The notes: a model not told the origin generated them from the sequence alone. Positions 1-9,574 are shown, numbered from the stretch's first letter. The stretch is DNA of 64,000 nt from an uncultured Candidatus Saccharibacteria bacterium (GCA_964563715.1 CAZLXA010000001.1:33613-97612); one strand, 5' to 3'. Numbers and translations are program-made.

Positions 1-684
1 TTTCGCAATCATATTTGTTAAATCGGCTCCACCAATCGCCAGGGTAGTTGTAAGTAATACTCGGCCATTTGAAGCAATAGAAACCCCAGTTCGAGCATCA
101 CCAAAATCAACAATCATTACCGGACTATTATCCCCATAAGGAATTACGGCTCGAGCAATAGCCTGTGCTTCAATTTCAAAAGTTAATGGTACAAGCCCAG
201 CTTTGGAAAACACTGACAAATAACTCTCAAGTGTTGAACTTGCAATCGCTACTACTTCAACTAAAATATTTTGACTATCTTCTTTTATTATATCGTAATC
301 AAAAATTGAATCGATGGCCTTAAGTGGGATGTGTTCTTCAATTTGCAAAAGAATCATATCGCGAATATTTTCTTGACTTGTTTTAGGAACAGACAAAGAA
401 AATAAATACATCTGCTCTTCTGGCAATGAAACCCGAATAAAATGAAGTTTCTCTTTTTCTTTAATATTCTTTAATATTCTAACAAGCTCGTCTTCTTTTT
501 CAATTTTACCTGACACGACAACCCCTTGTGGAATTTTTTCTTTTCCATACCTAGACAAAGAAAGTCCTCTTGAGTTTATGGACAGTTCTCCATATTTAAT
601 AGATTGATCAGAAATATCAATAGCACATGAATCCATGGCTAAGTATGATGGGGTGGGAAAAAAATGATTATATAATTTTTTCAT
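1..684 (-). CDS. pilM: Type IV pilus assembly protein PilM (3' end runs off window)
   Basis: Manual translation from ATG at 684: MKKLYNHFFPTPSYLAMDSCAIDISDQSIKYGEL...EIEAQAIARAV...MIVDFGDARTG, an actin-like PilM pattern; not in ORF track because truncated. Confidence 0.8.
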   Translation of the reverse strand, partial: MKKLYNHFFPTPSYLAMDSCAIDISDQSIKYGELSINSRGLSLSRYGKEKIPQGVVVSGKIEKEDELVRILKNIKEKEKLHFIRVSLPEEQMYLFSLSVPKTSQENIRDMILLQIEEHIPLKAIDSIFDYDIIKEDSQNILVEVVAIASSTLESYLSVFSKAGLVPLTFEIEAQAIARAVIPYGDNSPVMIVDFGDARTGVSIASNGRVLLTTTLAIGGADLTNMIAK

Positions 685-747
685 TACTATTTTATTATAC
701 CTTGTCATGAGACTTAAATAAAGTTTTCAAACTCATTCAATATGAAA

Positions 748-1344
748 CTAGCGACGCTTTGACAATTTAACTCGTAAAATTTTTAAAATTATCGGAATAA
801 AAGAAATAAAAATTATGAGTAGGGCTATAGGAATAATATATCTATCAGGATTTGTGACCATTCCTCCAAATCCATAACCTATCAAAGTTACAGAAAAAAC
901 CCAAAAAATTCCACCAAAAATATTGTATGAAATAAAAGTTTTATAATCCATCTTTCCAATACCAGCAACAATAGGAGCAAAAGTTCGTATGACGGGAACA
1001 AATCGCGCAATTATAATAGTATGTTTACCATATTTTTCATAAAATTTCTCAGCATCTTGGATTCTTTTCTTTTTAAAGAAAAAACCCGCATCTCGTTCAA
1101 AAAGACGCCTGCCATATTTTTTACCTGACCAGTAACCAACACTATCACCCAAGATTGCTGCGATTGTACAAAAAATTAACAATGTATAAATATCAAAAAC
1201 TCCCTGGGAAGCCAAAATTCCCGCTGTAAACAATAATGAATCCCCAGGAAAAAAGAAACCAAAAAATAACCCTGTTTCCGCAAAGATAACTAGTATAATT
1301 CCTATCAGGCCCACAGTTTCTATAAGTGATGTTGCATCAAGCAT
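748..1344 (-). CDS. DedA/VTT family membrane protein
   Basis: FAETGLFFGFFFPGDSLLF and ARFVPVIRTFAP DedA motifs. Confidence 0.9.
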   Translation of the reverse strand: MLDATSLIETVGLIGIILVIFAETGLFFGFFFPGDSLLFTAGILASQGVFDIYTLLIFCTIAAILGDSVGYWSGKKYGRRLFERDAGFFFKKKRIQDAEKFYEKYGKHTIIIARFVPVIRTFAPIVAGIGKMDYKTFISYNIFGGIFWVFSVTLIGYGFGGMVTNPDRYIIPIALLIIFISFIPIILKILRVKLSKRR

Positions 1345-1412
1345 ATTTTTCGGCGAAAGGCCTTGCCTTTAGTGCTCCCAAGGCAAGGCCTTAAGGAGAA
1401 AAATTAATAAAA

Positions 1413-1769
1413 TTACCGAACTTTTGCTCCAGAAGATACTTTTTGCTCTGGGATCAAAAAGACCGGTTTGCCATCCATTCCATCGATGGCCATCAGCATT
1501 CCATTACTTTCAAACTCTTTAATTTTTCTTGGTTCTAGGTTTACAATATATAAAACTTGTTTACCAACTAAAACCTGTGGGTCAGGATAATATTCTTTTA
1601 TACCGGAAACAATTTGTCTTAAAACCTTCCTCCCCTCTGCGTCAATTTCATTGAAATCAACCATACATCGCAAAAGTTTATCAGTCTCCGGCACAACTTC
1701 GACTTCCCTAATCATTCCAACCCTAATATCCATTTTTTTAAACTCTTCGTAAGATACAAATTCTTGCAT
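1413..1769 (-). CDS. Stand-alone tRNA-binding OB-fold protein (MetG C-terminal/Trbp111/CsaA-like)
   Basis: DIRVG..DKLL..RQIVSGI..NLEPRK..ESNGM motifs. Confidence 0.85.
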   Translation of the reverse strand: MQEFVSYEEFKKMDIRVGMIREVEVVPETDKLLRCMVDFNEIDAEGRKVLRQIVSGIKEYYPDPQVLVGKQVLYIVNLEPRKIKEFESNGMLMAIDGMDGKPVFLIPEQKVSSGAKVR

Positions 1770-1797
1770 ATTTTTAGTATATCATATGAAATTATTA

Positions 1798-2241
1798 TTA
1801 ATTATTCTTTCTATCTAAATACCTTTGCAAAATTAAAGCGGCGGCGGAGTCATCTACGGCATTACTTTTTACCCCGCCTTTTCGGCGGGTCGCCGGAAAG
1901 GCGACTTTGCGCGCATTATTTTCTTTTTTTCCATCATTTCCACGAGCAAACATAGATGTCATAAATTCTTTTTCAAAATAAATCGGTAAATCAAGTTCTC
2001 CCTCAAGATTTCTTTTGAATTCTTCTATGCTTCCCATTATTTTATTTGGCTTCCCTGACAAGTCCGTCGATTCACCTAAAACGATAGCGGAAATTTCTTC
2101 AACTCCACAAATATTGTGAATAGTATCAACAAGCTCAAGATTGTTCCCTATTATTTTATATGGAAAAGCAAATTTGCCTTCTTCATCAGAAAGAGATAAT
2201 CCAACTCTTTTAGCTCCATAATCAATTCCTAAGTATTTCAT
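1798..2241 (-). CDS. ruvX: YqgF/RuvX family pre-16S rRNA nuclease
   Basis: LGIDYGAKRVGLS N-terminus and DDSAAALILQRYL C-terminus. Confidence 0.9.
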   Translation of the reverse strand: MKYLGIDYGAKRVGLSLSDEEGKFAFPYKIIGNNLELVDTIHNICGVEEISAIVLGESTDLSGKPNKIMGSIEEFKRNLEGELDLPIYFEKEFMTSMFARGNDGKKENNARKVAFPATRRKGGVKSNAVDDSAAALILQRYLDRKNN

Positions 2242-2337
2242 CCCATTAAAAATTTTAACTTATAAATATATTAATTCAACCAATCTCTACCCATTTCTTT
2301 TAATGATTATATAAACTAATCAAAAATTTCTAACGGG
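2242..2337 (-). mobile_element. Start-codon-abutting inverted-repeat element, copy 1 (before ruvX)
   Basis: On the - strand CCCGTTAGAAATTTT...AAAATTTTTAATGGG directly followed by the ruvX ATG; 15-bp arms with two G.T mismatches. Confidence 0.7.
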
Positions 2338-2397
2338 ACAGGTATCTAAATATTACCATAATTGCCCTAAAAAGATATTATTGTTATAATTTAAAAT

Positions 2398-2625
2398 ATG
2401 GAAACATTTTTAAAAGATAATATATGGTTATTTATCATTTCAATGGTTTGGGTTTTACCTTGGAAAGGTTATGCCCTCTGGACAGCCTCACAGACTAGAA
2501 ACAAAAGATGGTTTATTGCTCTACTTATTATAAATTCTTTTGCTGTTCTTGATATTTTTTATATCTTTTACATCGCCAAGAAAACACCAGCAAATATAAA
2601 AGAGGCTTTTAAAGCAAAAATCTAA
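2398..2625 (+). CDS. Small membrane protein (DUF5652-like)
   Basis: WxLPWKGYALW...WFIALLIIN pattern, two hydrophobic segments; TATAAT 7 nt upstream. Confidence 0.7.
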   Translation: METFLKDNIWLFIISMVWVLPWKGYALWTASQTRNKRWFIALLIINSFAVLDIFYIFYIAKKTPANIKEAFKAKI

Positions 2626-2712
2626 AACAAAATAAAAACAGACCCGTAAGGGTCTGTTTTTATTTTTGTATTCGGACTTGAAAAAAAGGTTAAAATGAAG
2701 TAATGTATACGC

Positions 2713-2798
2713 GGAGGCGTCGCATAGTTGGTCTAGTGCGCCCGTCTTGAAAACGGGTACGCCGCAAGGCGTCGTGAGTTCGAATCTCACCGCCTCCG
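2713..2798 (+). tRNA. tRNA-Ser(TGA)
   Basis: GGAGGCG/CGCCTCC acceptor stem, anticodon loop CTTGAAA, long variable arm, GTTCGAAT T-loop; CCA not encoded. Confidence 0.95.
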
Positions 2799-2978
2799 CA
2801 AAAAAAGAAAACCCAAATAGGGTTTTTCTTTTTGCGGGCGAGCACGACAACTGCTTGTCGTACATGTGAGATTCGAAGAGCTTTTCATTAAGTATTTTTG
2901 TTTAGCAAAAATACTTTGAAAAGGTGTACTGAACCTGTAAGGTTCGAAACATGTACTCATGGTCCCACCGCCTCCGCA
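2799..2978 (+). repeat. tRNA-trailing structured element with antisense and duplicated tRNA 3' end
   Basis: Antisense pieces TTTGCGGGCG (2831-2840) and GTGAGATTCGAA (2866-2877); direct repeat CACCGCCTCCGCA (2966-2978 = 2788-2800). Confidence 0.75.
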
Positions 2979-3087
2979 TAGTAACTAATAATTTTTAAAA
3001 AACACCTCATTTTCTGTTTTAAGAAAAAACCATTCATAGTGCATAACTTTCTTGTTTTCTTTGTCACATTTACGGTAAAATATACTT

Positions 3088-3705
3088 ATGCTTGATAAAA
3101 TTTTACTAAATTGGCAACCCTATAAAATAACCGAAAATGATCTACCCGTGCTAATTACTTATGCTAAACATATGGGTGGTTCTCATTTATCAATTGTTTT
3201 AATTGCCGATTTATTTCTTAGAGGCTCAAAAATTATATTTCTAACCGCTTACCCAATGGCTAAAGATAATTTTTTAAATCAAGTTGGAATCAATAATCCA
3301 AATATTATTTTTGTGGATTCGGTAGAGGGCTTAGAAGAAGCCGCAAATACCCAAGCTATTATAATCGAAAGTGGTAATGCTACTTTATTTTTAAATGCAA
3401 TAAAAAATCTTCCTGATCTAAATGAACGAATCATCTTTATAAAAAATATTGAAATTTTTAGTGAAGAAGTATACGACGCTTGTATAAAATCAAAAAAATT
3501 AATTATCTCGGGTGACATTGATGAATGTGATTTCAAAGATAAAATTCCAAATCAACAATTCAAAACCATCATCGCTTTCAATCAAACCACGACTAAGATT
3601 AATATAGAAATTCCTAAATTAGAAAAATGGGATAGTTTCTTGTCGAGTGAAAATCAAAATGGAATTTTAACTCTAGAAAATAAAGATCATAAATTCACAC
3701 TCTAA
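3088..3705 (+). CDS. Hypothetical protein
   Basis: 205-aa ORF with TAAAAT just upstream; no family recognised. Confidence 0.7.
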   Translation: MLDKILLNWQPYKITENDLPVLITYAKHMGGSHLSIVLIADLFLRGSKIIFLTAYPMAKDNFLNQVGINNPNIIFVDSVEGLEEAANTQAIIIESGNATLFLNAIKNLPDLNERIIFIKNIEIFSEEVYDACIKSKKLIISGDIDECDFKDKIPNQQFKTIIAFNQTTTKINIEIPKLEKWDSFLSSENQNGILTLENKDHKFTL

Positions 3706-3745
3706 AATTAGCAATTTATCTATAATTAATGCTAAAATGTAAATT

Positions 3746-4021
3746 ATGGAATCAATTTTAAAGTCGGATATATTTTTCTTTATTACTTCAATGTCAGTAG
3801 TAGTACTTACACTGTTTTTGTTAGTAGCTTTATTTTATTTTATTAAAATAATGCGTAATTTTTATAAAATATCAGAAATTTTAAAAAATTATACAGAAAA
3901 AACAGAAAATGACTTAAGGGATTTAGGCCAACATGTCCGACAAAGCAAATTGTTTACATTTCTTTTTGGTAAAGAGAAAGTTAAAAAGGAAACAGAAAGA
4001 TCAACAAAGAAATCGATATAA
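3746..4021 (+). CDS. Hypothetical single-pass membrane protein
   Basis: N-terminal TM helix followed by a coiled segment. Confidence 0.7.
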   Translation: MESILKSDIFFFITSMSVVVLTLFLLVALFYFIKIMRNFYKISEILKNYTEKTENDLRDLGQHVRQSKLFTFLFGKEKVKKETERSTKKSI

Positions 4022-4100
4022 GTAGTTTATAAATTATTAATTAATATAAAAGCTCTACAAATTATATTTTGAAAATAATTCGTTTAGCTTTAAAAATACA

Positions 4101-4472
4101 ATGGTTAAAAAAATAGTAGCTAAAAAAGGTTTAGATGCAAAAACAATTATGGGAATTGGTGCAGGGGTAGCTGCGCTTTCTGCTGCTGCTTATGTCTTGT
4201 TTGGCCCAGAAGGTAAAAAGAATCGTAAAATTATTCGTGGCTGGTCAGTTAAAATGAAAGGTGAAATAATTGAAAAGTTTGAAAACGCTAAAGAATTAAC
4301 CGAACCAGTTTATCACAATATTGTTGATGGTATTCAAGCCAAATATGCTAAATTAAAAAACGTTGATCCTGAAGAGCTTCAAAATGTTGTAGCAGAAATT
4401 AAAAAACACTGGAAGGCCCTTCAAAAAGAAGCTGGGGTAAAGAAATCAAAAGTTGTAAAAAAGACTAAATAA
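4101..4472 (+). CDS. Hypothetical membrane-anchored basic protein (YtxH-like architecture)
   Basis: GIGAGVAALSAAAYVLFGP anchor and Lys-rich helical tail; terminator hairpin follows. Confidence 0.65.
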   Translation: MVKKIVAKKGLDAKTIMGIGAGVAALSAAAYVLFGPEGKKNRKIIRGWSVKMKGEIIEKFENAKELTEPVYHNIVDGIQAKYAKLKNVDPEELQNVVAEIKKHWKALQKEAGVKKSKVVKKTK

Positions 4473-4476
4473 TATA

Positions 4477-4505
4477 AAAAATTCCTCCACTCGGAGGAAT
4501 TTTTT
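4477..4505 (+). terminator. Intrinsic terminator-like hairpin
   Basis: AAAAATTCCTCC ACTC GGAGGAATTTTTT. Confidence 0.7.
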
Positions 4506-4521
4506 ATGCTATGATGATTGG

Positions 4522-5667
4522 ATGGAAAATCTTTACGATCAATCAATAGAATTACACAAAAAGCACGGTGGTAAATTAGAAACAAACAGCAAGGTCCCCT
4601 TGTCAAATAAGGAAGATCTTTCTTTGGCTTATACTCCTGGTGTTGCTGGAGTTTGTTTAGCAATTGCCAAAGACGAAAAATTAGCAAAAGAATACACCCT
4701 CAAGAAAAATACGATTGCTATTGTGACTGACGGCTCGGCTATCTTGGGTCTTGGCAATTTGGGCCCCCTAGCCGCTATCCCGGTCATGGAAGGTAAAGCT
4801 GCGATATTTAAAGAATTCGGTGGTGTTGATGCTTTTCCAATTTGTTTAGATACAAATGATACAGAAGAAATAATAAAAATAGTAAAACAAATTGCTCCAG
4901 TTTTTGGTGGAATCAACTTAGAAGATATTTCGGCTCCTCGTTGTTTTATAATTGAAGAACGATTAAGAAAAGAATTAGATATCCCAGTCATGCACGATGA
5001 TCAATGGGGTGCAGCAACAGTCACTCTAGCCGCCCTTATTAATGCTCTTAAAATAGTCGGCCTTGATAAAACCAAAACAAAAGTTGTTATCTCCGGTGTT
5101 GGCTCGGCTGGAGTGGCCACTGGCCGATTACTTCATGAATATGGAATTACTAATACTATTTTTTGTGATAGTCATGGCATTATAAATTTAAATAGGAGTG
5201 ATTTAACAAAAGAAAAAATTGAATTATTAAATGGTAGTCAGCAAAAAGATTTAGAGGGAAATTTAGAAATTGCTATAAATCAAGCTGATGTTTTCATCGG
5301 TTTATCAAAACCAAATGTTTTAACATCCGCTATGGTTAAAAGTATGACTTCAAAACCAATCATTTTTGCTTTAGCCAATCCTAGCCCTGAAATTAGTCCC
5401 GAACTGGCAATGAGTTCTGGGGTTTACATTATGGCTACTGGTCGTTCTGATTATCCAAACCAGATAAATAATTCTTTGGTTTTCCCTGGGGCCTTTAAAG
5501 CTATGCTTGATCATCAAATTCCACAATTCGAAAATAAAATATTTCTTACTATCGCTGAAGCTCTGGCTAATATGATAGAAAAACCAACTCCCAAGAAGAT
5601 AATCCCAAGTATGTTTGATAAGGGTGTCATGGAAACAGTTTATAAGGCTGTATCTTCACTTAAATAA
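4522..5667 (+). CDS. NAD(P)-dependent malic enzyme
   Basis: LSLAYTPGVA, VTDGSAILGLG, EGKA, NLEDI, HDDQ and ATGRSDYPNQINN motifs. Confidence 0.95.
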   Translation: MENLYDQSIELHKKHGGKLETNSKVPLSNKEDLSLAYTPGVAGVCLAIAKDEKLAKEYTLKKNTIAIVTDGSAILGLGNLGPLAAIPVMEGKAAIFKEFGGVDAFPICLDTNDTEEIIKIVKQIAPVFGGINLEDISAPRCFIIEERLRKELDIPVMHDDQWGAATVTLAALINALKIVGLDKTKTKVVISGVGSAGVATGRLLHEYGITNTIFCDSHGIINLNRSDLTKEKIELLNGSQQKDLEGNLEIAINQADVFIGLSKPNVLTSAMVKSMTSKPIIFALANPSPEISPELAMSSGVYIMATGRSDYPNQINNSLVFPGAFKAMLDHQIPQFENKIFLTIAEALANMIEKPTPKKIIPSMFDKGVMETVYKAVSSLK

Positions 5668-5709
5668 TTTTGCTAAAATTTTGTGGCGGGGTATAATATA
5701 AATATGGAT

Positions 5710-5827
5710 CCCGTTAGAAGTCATACATGTAATCCAAGATAATGGGAGGATATCAAGAAATTAGTTGTTTTTAAAATTATTAATTAATTTATGTACGAGA
5801 ATCTAAAGATTCTCTACTTCTAACGGG
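5710..5827 (+). mobile_element. Start-codon-abutting inverted-repeat element, copy 2, with ATGGAT duplication
   Basis: ATGGAT-CCCGTTAGAAGT...ACTTCTAACGGG-ATGGAT. Confidence 0.8.
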
Positions 5828-6304
5828 ATGGATGAAATTAAATTAAATACTATCGAATGGTCAGTGCCAGAATATTCTCATAAAGAACGTGGAAATGATT
5901 GGTTCTGGACAATTGGACTTATTACTATTGTGGCTTGTGGTTTGGCTATTTGGTTACACAATTTTGTTTTTGCTATTTTTCTTTTAATATCTGGATGTTG
6001 TTTAATCATGTTTACATTACGACACCCACAAGAAGTAACATATAAAATAGAAACAAAAGGTTTATCAATGGGCAAAGATTTATATACTTGGAAGAGTTTG
6101 AAGAGTTTTAATATTAAAAATATTGAAACGGAATCTTATGCTAAATTAATGATAGAAACTAGTAAACACTTCCTCCCAGTCTACACAATTCCTGTTCCAA
6201 AAGATTTAGAAATGGAAATTAAACAAACTCTCCTTTTGGTTCTCCCTCGCTCAGAAATAGACGAATCAAAATCCATGGTCTTCATGGAAAAACTAGGATT
6301 CTAA
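5828..6304 (+). CDS. Conserved hypothetical membrane protein (two TM helices plus soluble domain)
   Basis: W..PEY...ER..DWFW N-terminus, TM pair, ends EKLGF. Confidence 0.75.
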   Translation: MDEIKLNTIEWSVPEYSHKERGNDWFWTIGLITIVACGLAIWLHNFVFAIFLLISGCCLIMFTLRHPQEVTYKIETKGLSMGKDLYTWKSLKSFNIKNIETESYAKLMIETSKHFLPVYTIPVPKDLEMEIKQTLLLVLPRSEIDESKSMVFMEKLGF

Positions 6305-6313
6305 AAATTATAA

Positions 6314-6507
6314 TGTGATCCCGGCAGGATATCTTCCCCTACGAGGACAGTAGAAATAAACATTCTGTGACTACAAATAATTTCTCGCCGTCGCTCGAAA
6401 TTTTTGCAGTCCGCCCCTCGTGGTTTTGGTTGTTACCAAAACAACACTGCGGTCATCACAAAGCGAAAAAGACTGAAGAAGTTCAGTCTTTTTGAAATCG
6501 CGCTTTG
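6314..6507 (-). repeat. tRNA-trailing structured element with duplicated tRNA 3' end
   Basis: 16-bp direct repeat TGTGATCCCGGCAGGA at 6314-6329 and 6506-6521; shares TACTGTCCTCGTAGRGGAAGATATCCT with the Lys element. Confidence 0.75.
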
Positions 6508-6579
6508 TGATCCCGGCAGGAATCGAACCTGCATCGCAACTTCCGCAAAGTTGCGTCCTATCCATTGAACGACGGGACC
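6508..6579 (-). tRNA. tRNA-Arg(GCG)
   Basis: GGTCCCG/CGGGATC acceptor, anticodon stem CAACT/AGTTG with loop TTGCGGA, GTTCGATT T-loop. Confidence 0.9.
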
Positions 6580-6688
6580 ATATGGTTAAAATCTACACTA
6601 AATAGCTCTCAATCGCAAGTAAATCGTCTTTTAACTATTTATGCTATACTAGTTTTAGTCGAGTTTAATATATTAAAATAATTGTATT

Positions 6689-6976
6689 ATGGAAGAAAAT
6701 AAAAATTGTTGCGAGAAATCATGTGAAAAAAGTGAGTGTTGTGGAATGGGTAAATGCTGTATGTGGAAGAAATGCGGCGGAATGAAATATTTAATTTGGT
6801 TAATTATCATTGTTATCGTCTTTTGTTTGGGTGCCCAATTTGGTGAATTAAAATCTGAAACTCGAGGATATCATAATTATCGCGGTGGAATGATGAATTG
6901 GGATTATAAAGTTGTTAAACCTTTAGTTAATAATGAAACACCAGCCACTCCTCCAGCTCCCGAAGTTGCCCAATAG
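6689..6976 (+). CDS. Hypothetical membrane protein with Cys-rich N-terminus
   Basis: CC..C...CC....CC....C followed by a TM helix. Confidence 0.65.
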   Translation: MEENKNCCEKSCEKSECCGMGKCCMWKKCGGMKYLIWLIIIVIVFCLGAQFGELKSETRGYHNYRGGMMNWDYKVVKPLVNNETPATPPAPEVAQ

Positions 6977-7021
6977 TCTTGTATAATAAAAAAAGATATC
7001 AGCCATGGCTGATATCTTTTT

Positions 7022-7288
7022 TTATTTACCTTCGGCCCAATTTTTAATTTCTTTATAACTCGCTTCACCACATATTGTTTTTCCACTTTTTTGATTTAAG
7101 AAAAATGGTACTCCCCCACACATCTCATCTCCAACATCCAAATCAGTTAAAATTTTATCATTCTCAAGATTGTGCCACACTTCAATTTTCTTAATATCAA
7201 TTCCTTCACTTATAAGTTTATCAACATGTTCCTCCATAACAATACAATGCGGACACTCTAACCCATAAAAAAATAATAAATCTTTCAT
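7022..7288 (-). CDS. Thioredoxin/glutaredoxin-like protein
   Basis: ECPHC motif and CGGVPFF; start set at MKDLL (7288) rather than 7324. Confidence 0.8.
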   Translation of the reverse strand: MKDLLFFYGLECPHCIVMEEHVDKLISEGIDIKKIEVWHNLENDKILTDLDVGDEMCGGVPFFLNQKSGKTICGEASYKEIKNWAEGK

Positions 7289-7349
7289 AATTTTTATTAT
7301 ACTAATTAATAATAAATAAAACAAAAACCGCCACTTGGGCGGTTTTGTT

Positions 7350-7604
7350 TTATTTTGTGATTTTTGATAAACGAGCCTTTTTGCGGGACGCTGTATTTTT
7401 CTTAATGACTCCTCTCTTGGCAGCCTTATCTATAACACTGTAAGCATTTGGGAGTAATTTCTTGGCTTCAACTTTATTTTTTTCCTTAACAAATTTTTCA
7501 ATTTTCTTAACTGTTTCTTTTATATTCTTTTTATTACGATCATTCATCGCTTTTTTAACAAGCGATCCTCGTAGAGCTTTTTTAGCTGATTTTGTAATAG
7601 GCAT
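7350..7604 (-). CDS. rpsT: 30S ribosomal protein S20
   Basis: MPITKSAKKALR...IDKAAKRGVIKKNTASRKKARL. Confidence 0.97.
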   Translation of the reverse strand: MPITKSAKKALRGSLVKKAMNDRNKKNIKETVKKIEKFVKEKNKVEAKKLLPNAYSVIDKAAKRGVIKKNTASRKKARLSKITK

Positions 7605-7863
7605 GGCTAATTTTTGAGGAGGAAACGACTACAAAAATAGCCATCCCGTCCTATAATTTTTGTTATATTAATAATTTTAAATTCAATAAATATTTCTCCG
7701 TATGTTTTCCGAAATACGGGGCCGAATAGGCCAATTCTTATCCCTATAGTATTTCGTCCTTCGTTTAAAATAAATTATAGGACTGGGATAATTTTCAAAT
7801 CTTGCCGAGACACCAGCAAAACTGAATATAGTGATATTAACAGAAAAAACTTGAATTGTACAC

Positions 7864-7932
7864 CCCCACACCTACTTTTTTGTAGTTTTCAACGTAGTCT
7901 TAAAGGACTACAACAAAAAAATAGGTGTGGGG
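7864..7932. mobile_element. CCCCACACC/GGTGTGGGG inverted-repeat element, copy a
   Basis: GTACAC-CCCCACACCTA...TAGGTGTGGGG-GTAAAC (5/6 flanking duplication). Confidence 0.7.
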
Positions 7933-7993
7933 GTAAACCCCTAAGATTTTTTTGGTTATCTACAAATGCTTAAATATTTAGTATACTAGAAGT

Positions 7994-8569
7994 ATGATAG
8001 CAAGAATCGAAGGAATAATAGTTCATATTGACGAAAAATTCATCATTGTTGATGTCTCGGGTGTTGGGTATAAATTATCTGTCACAGGCGAAACTCTGGC
8101 CTCATTAATACTAGGCGAACACACTTCTTTTTGGGTTCATACGGCTGTTCGAGAAAATTCTATCGATCTTTATGGTTTTAAAAATATAAATGAAATGTCT
8201 TTCTTTGAGCTCTTGCTCGATGTCTCAGGTATTGGCCCTCGCTCGGCACTATCTATTTTATCTATTGCCCCTATTGAAACATTGAAACGTGCCATCGCGA
8301 CAGGTGATATGGCTTATTTAAATAAAGTTTCTGGTATCGGTAAAAAAACGGCTGAAAAAATTATTATTGAGCTTCGTGATAAATTACAAGATTATAAAAA
8401 TGATGAAACACCTGGTTTGTTGCGTGATGAAAGTGATATTATTGAAGCTCTTAAGTCGCTTGGCTATTCCCAAAATGAAGCTCGCGAAGCTTTGAATCAA
8501 GTTCCATCGACAACGATCGGTACAAATGCGCGAATCAAAGAAGCCTTACAAGTTTTAGGTAAAAGATAG
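7994..8569 (+). CDS. ruvA: Holliday junction branch migration protein RuvA
   Basis: VSGVGY, LYGF, VSGIGPRSAL and GIGKKTAEKIIIEL HhH motifs. Confidence 0.97.
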   Translation: MIARIEGIIVHIDEKFIIVDVSGVGYKLSVTGETLASLILGEHTSFWVHTAVRENSIDLYGFKNINEMSFFELLLDVSGIGPRSALSILSIAPIETLKRAIATGDMAYLNKVSGIGKKTAEKIIIELRDKLQDYKNDETPGLLRDESDIIEALKSLGYSQNEAREALNQVPSTTIGTNARIKEALQVLGKR

Positions 8570-8616
8570 TATTTCAATTTATCCCAGATCCATAATTTGT
8601 ACTTAGAACCTAATTT

Positions 8617-9567
8617 ATGCCTGAATTACCCGAAGTTACAACTACCGTTAATGGTTTACAAAAAGTCTTACCGGGACTTATTTTTTTAGATGTCTGGACT
8701 GATTTAAATAAAAAAAATCAAAACATCAAACAATTTAAAGAAACAATTAAAAACGATATCTTTTTTAAAGAATTTAAAAAGAAAATAATTGGACAAAAAG
8801 TTATTAAAGTTGAAAGACGAGCAAAAAATATATTAATAAATATCTCAGGTGGACACACAATTTTGATTCATTTAAAAATGACTGGGCACCTTCTTTTTGG
8901 TGAATACAAAAAAGTAGTAAATAATAAAGGGAAAGACGCAAGTAAAATACTTTGGGTGCCAAAAAATGACGGACCATTAAATGACCCCTATAACAGATTT
9001 ATACATGTTGTCTTTACCCTATCAAACAACAAACATTTAGCATTTTGTGATTCTCGTAAGTTTGGCAAGGTCACTATTATTCCTACAGACAAAAAAAATG
9101 AAACTGTTCATTTAAAAAACATCGGTCCGGAACCTCTTGAAAAAACTTTTAGTCAGAAAGAATTTATTAATCGTTTGTTTTTAAAACCTAATTGGAAAAT
9201 TAAAACAATTCTGATGGATCAATCCATCATCGCTGGTATTGGTAATATTTATTCGGATGAAATGCTTTGGGCTTCAAACATACACCCTGAATCAAACCCT
9301 CATAAAATTCCAAAAACCCAATTATCAAAACTTTATTTCGAGATGAAAAAAGTTTTGACTAAAGGTATCGATTTTGGTGGTGATTCTATGTCAGACTATC
9401 GAAATACCGAAGGATTACGAGGTGATTTTCAAAATGAACATAATGTTTATCAGAAAAAAGGCCACAAGTGTGGTAAAAAGGGTTGCAGAGGTGTTATAAT
9501 AAGAAAGGTTATAAATGGTCGCAGTGCCCATTTTTGTAACACTCATCAAAAAATATTTTCGAATTGA
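8617..9567 (+). CDS. mutM: Formamidopyrimidine-DNA glycosylase
   Basis: MPELPEV N-terminus, HLKMTG, GIGNIYSDE, C-terminal zinc finger. Confidence 0.97.
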   Translation: MPELPEVTTTVNGLQKVLPGLIFLDVWTDLNKKNQNIKQFKETIKNDIFFKEFKKKIIGQKVIKVERRAKNILINISGGHTILIHLKMTGHLLFGEYKKVVNNKGKDASKILWVPKNDGPLNDPYNRFIHVVFTLSNNKHLAFCDSRKFGKVTIIPTDKKNETVHLKNIGPEPLEKTFSQKEFINRLFLKPNWKIKTILMDQSIIAGIGNIYSDEMLWASNIHPESNPHKIPKTQLSKLYFEMKKVLTKGIDFGGDSMSDYRNTEGLRGDFQNEHNVYQKKGHKCGKKGCRGVIIRKVINGRSAHFCNTHQKIFSN

Positions 9568-9574
9568 TACTCGT

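Noticed and set aside
2521-2865. 114-aa ORF on the - strand
   Set aside because: Antisense shadow of tRNA-Ser and its flanks
5710-5827. IR elements as integron attC sites (contain GTTAGA/TCTAAC)
   Set aside because: Orientation is the reverse of attC (RYYYAAC...GTTRRRY), they sit at gene starts rather than ends, and no intI is present
6371-6565. 64-aa ORF
   Set aside because: Overlaps tRNA-Arg and its trailing element; no coding signal
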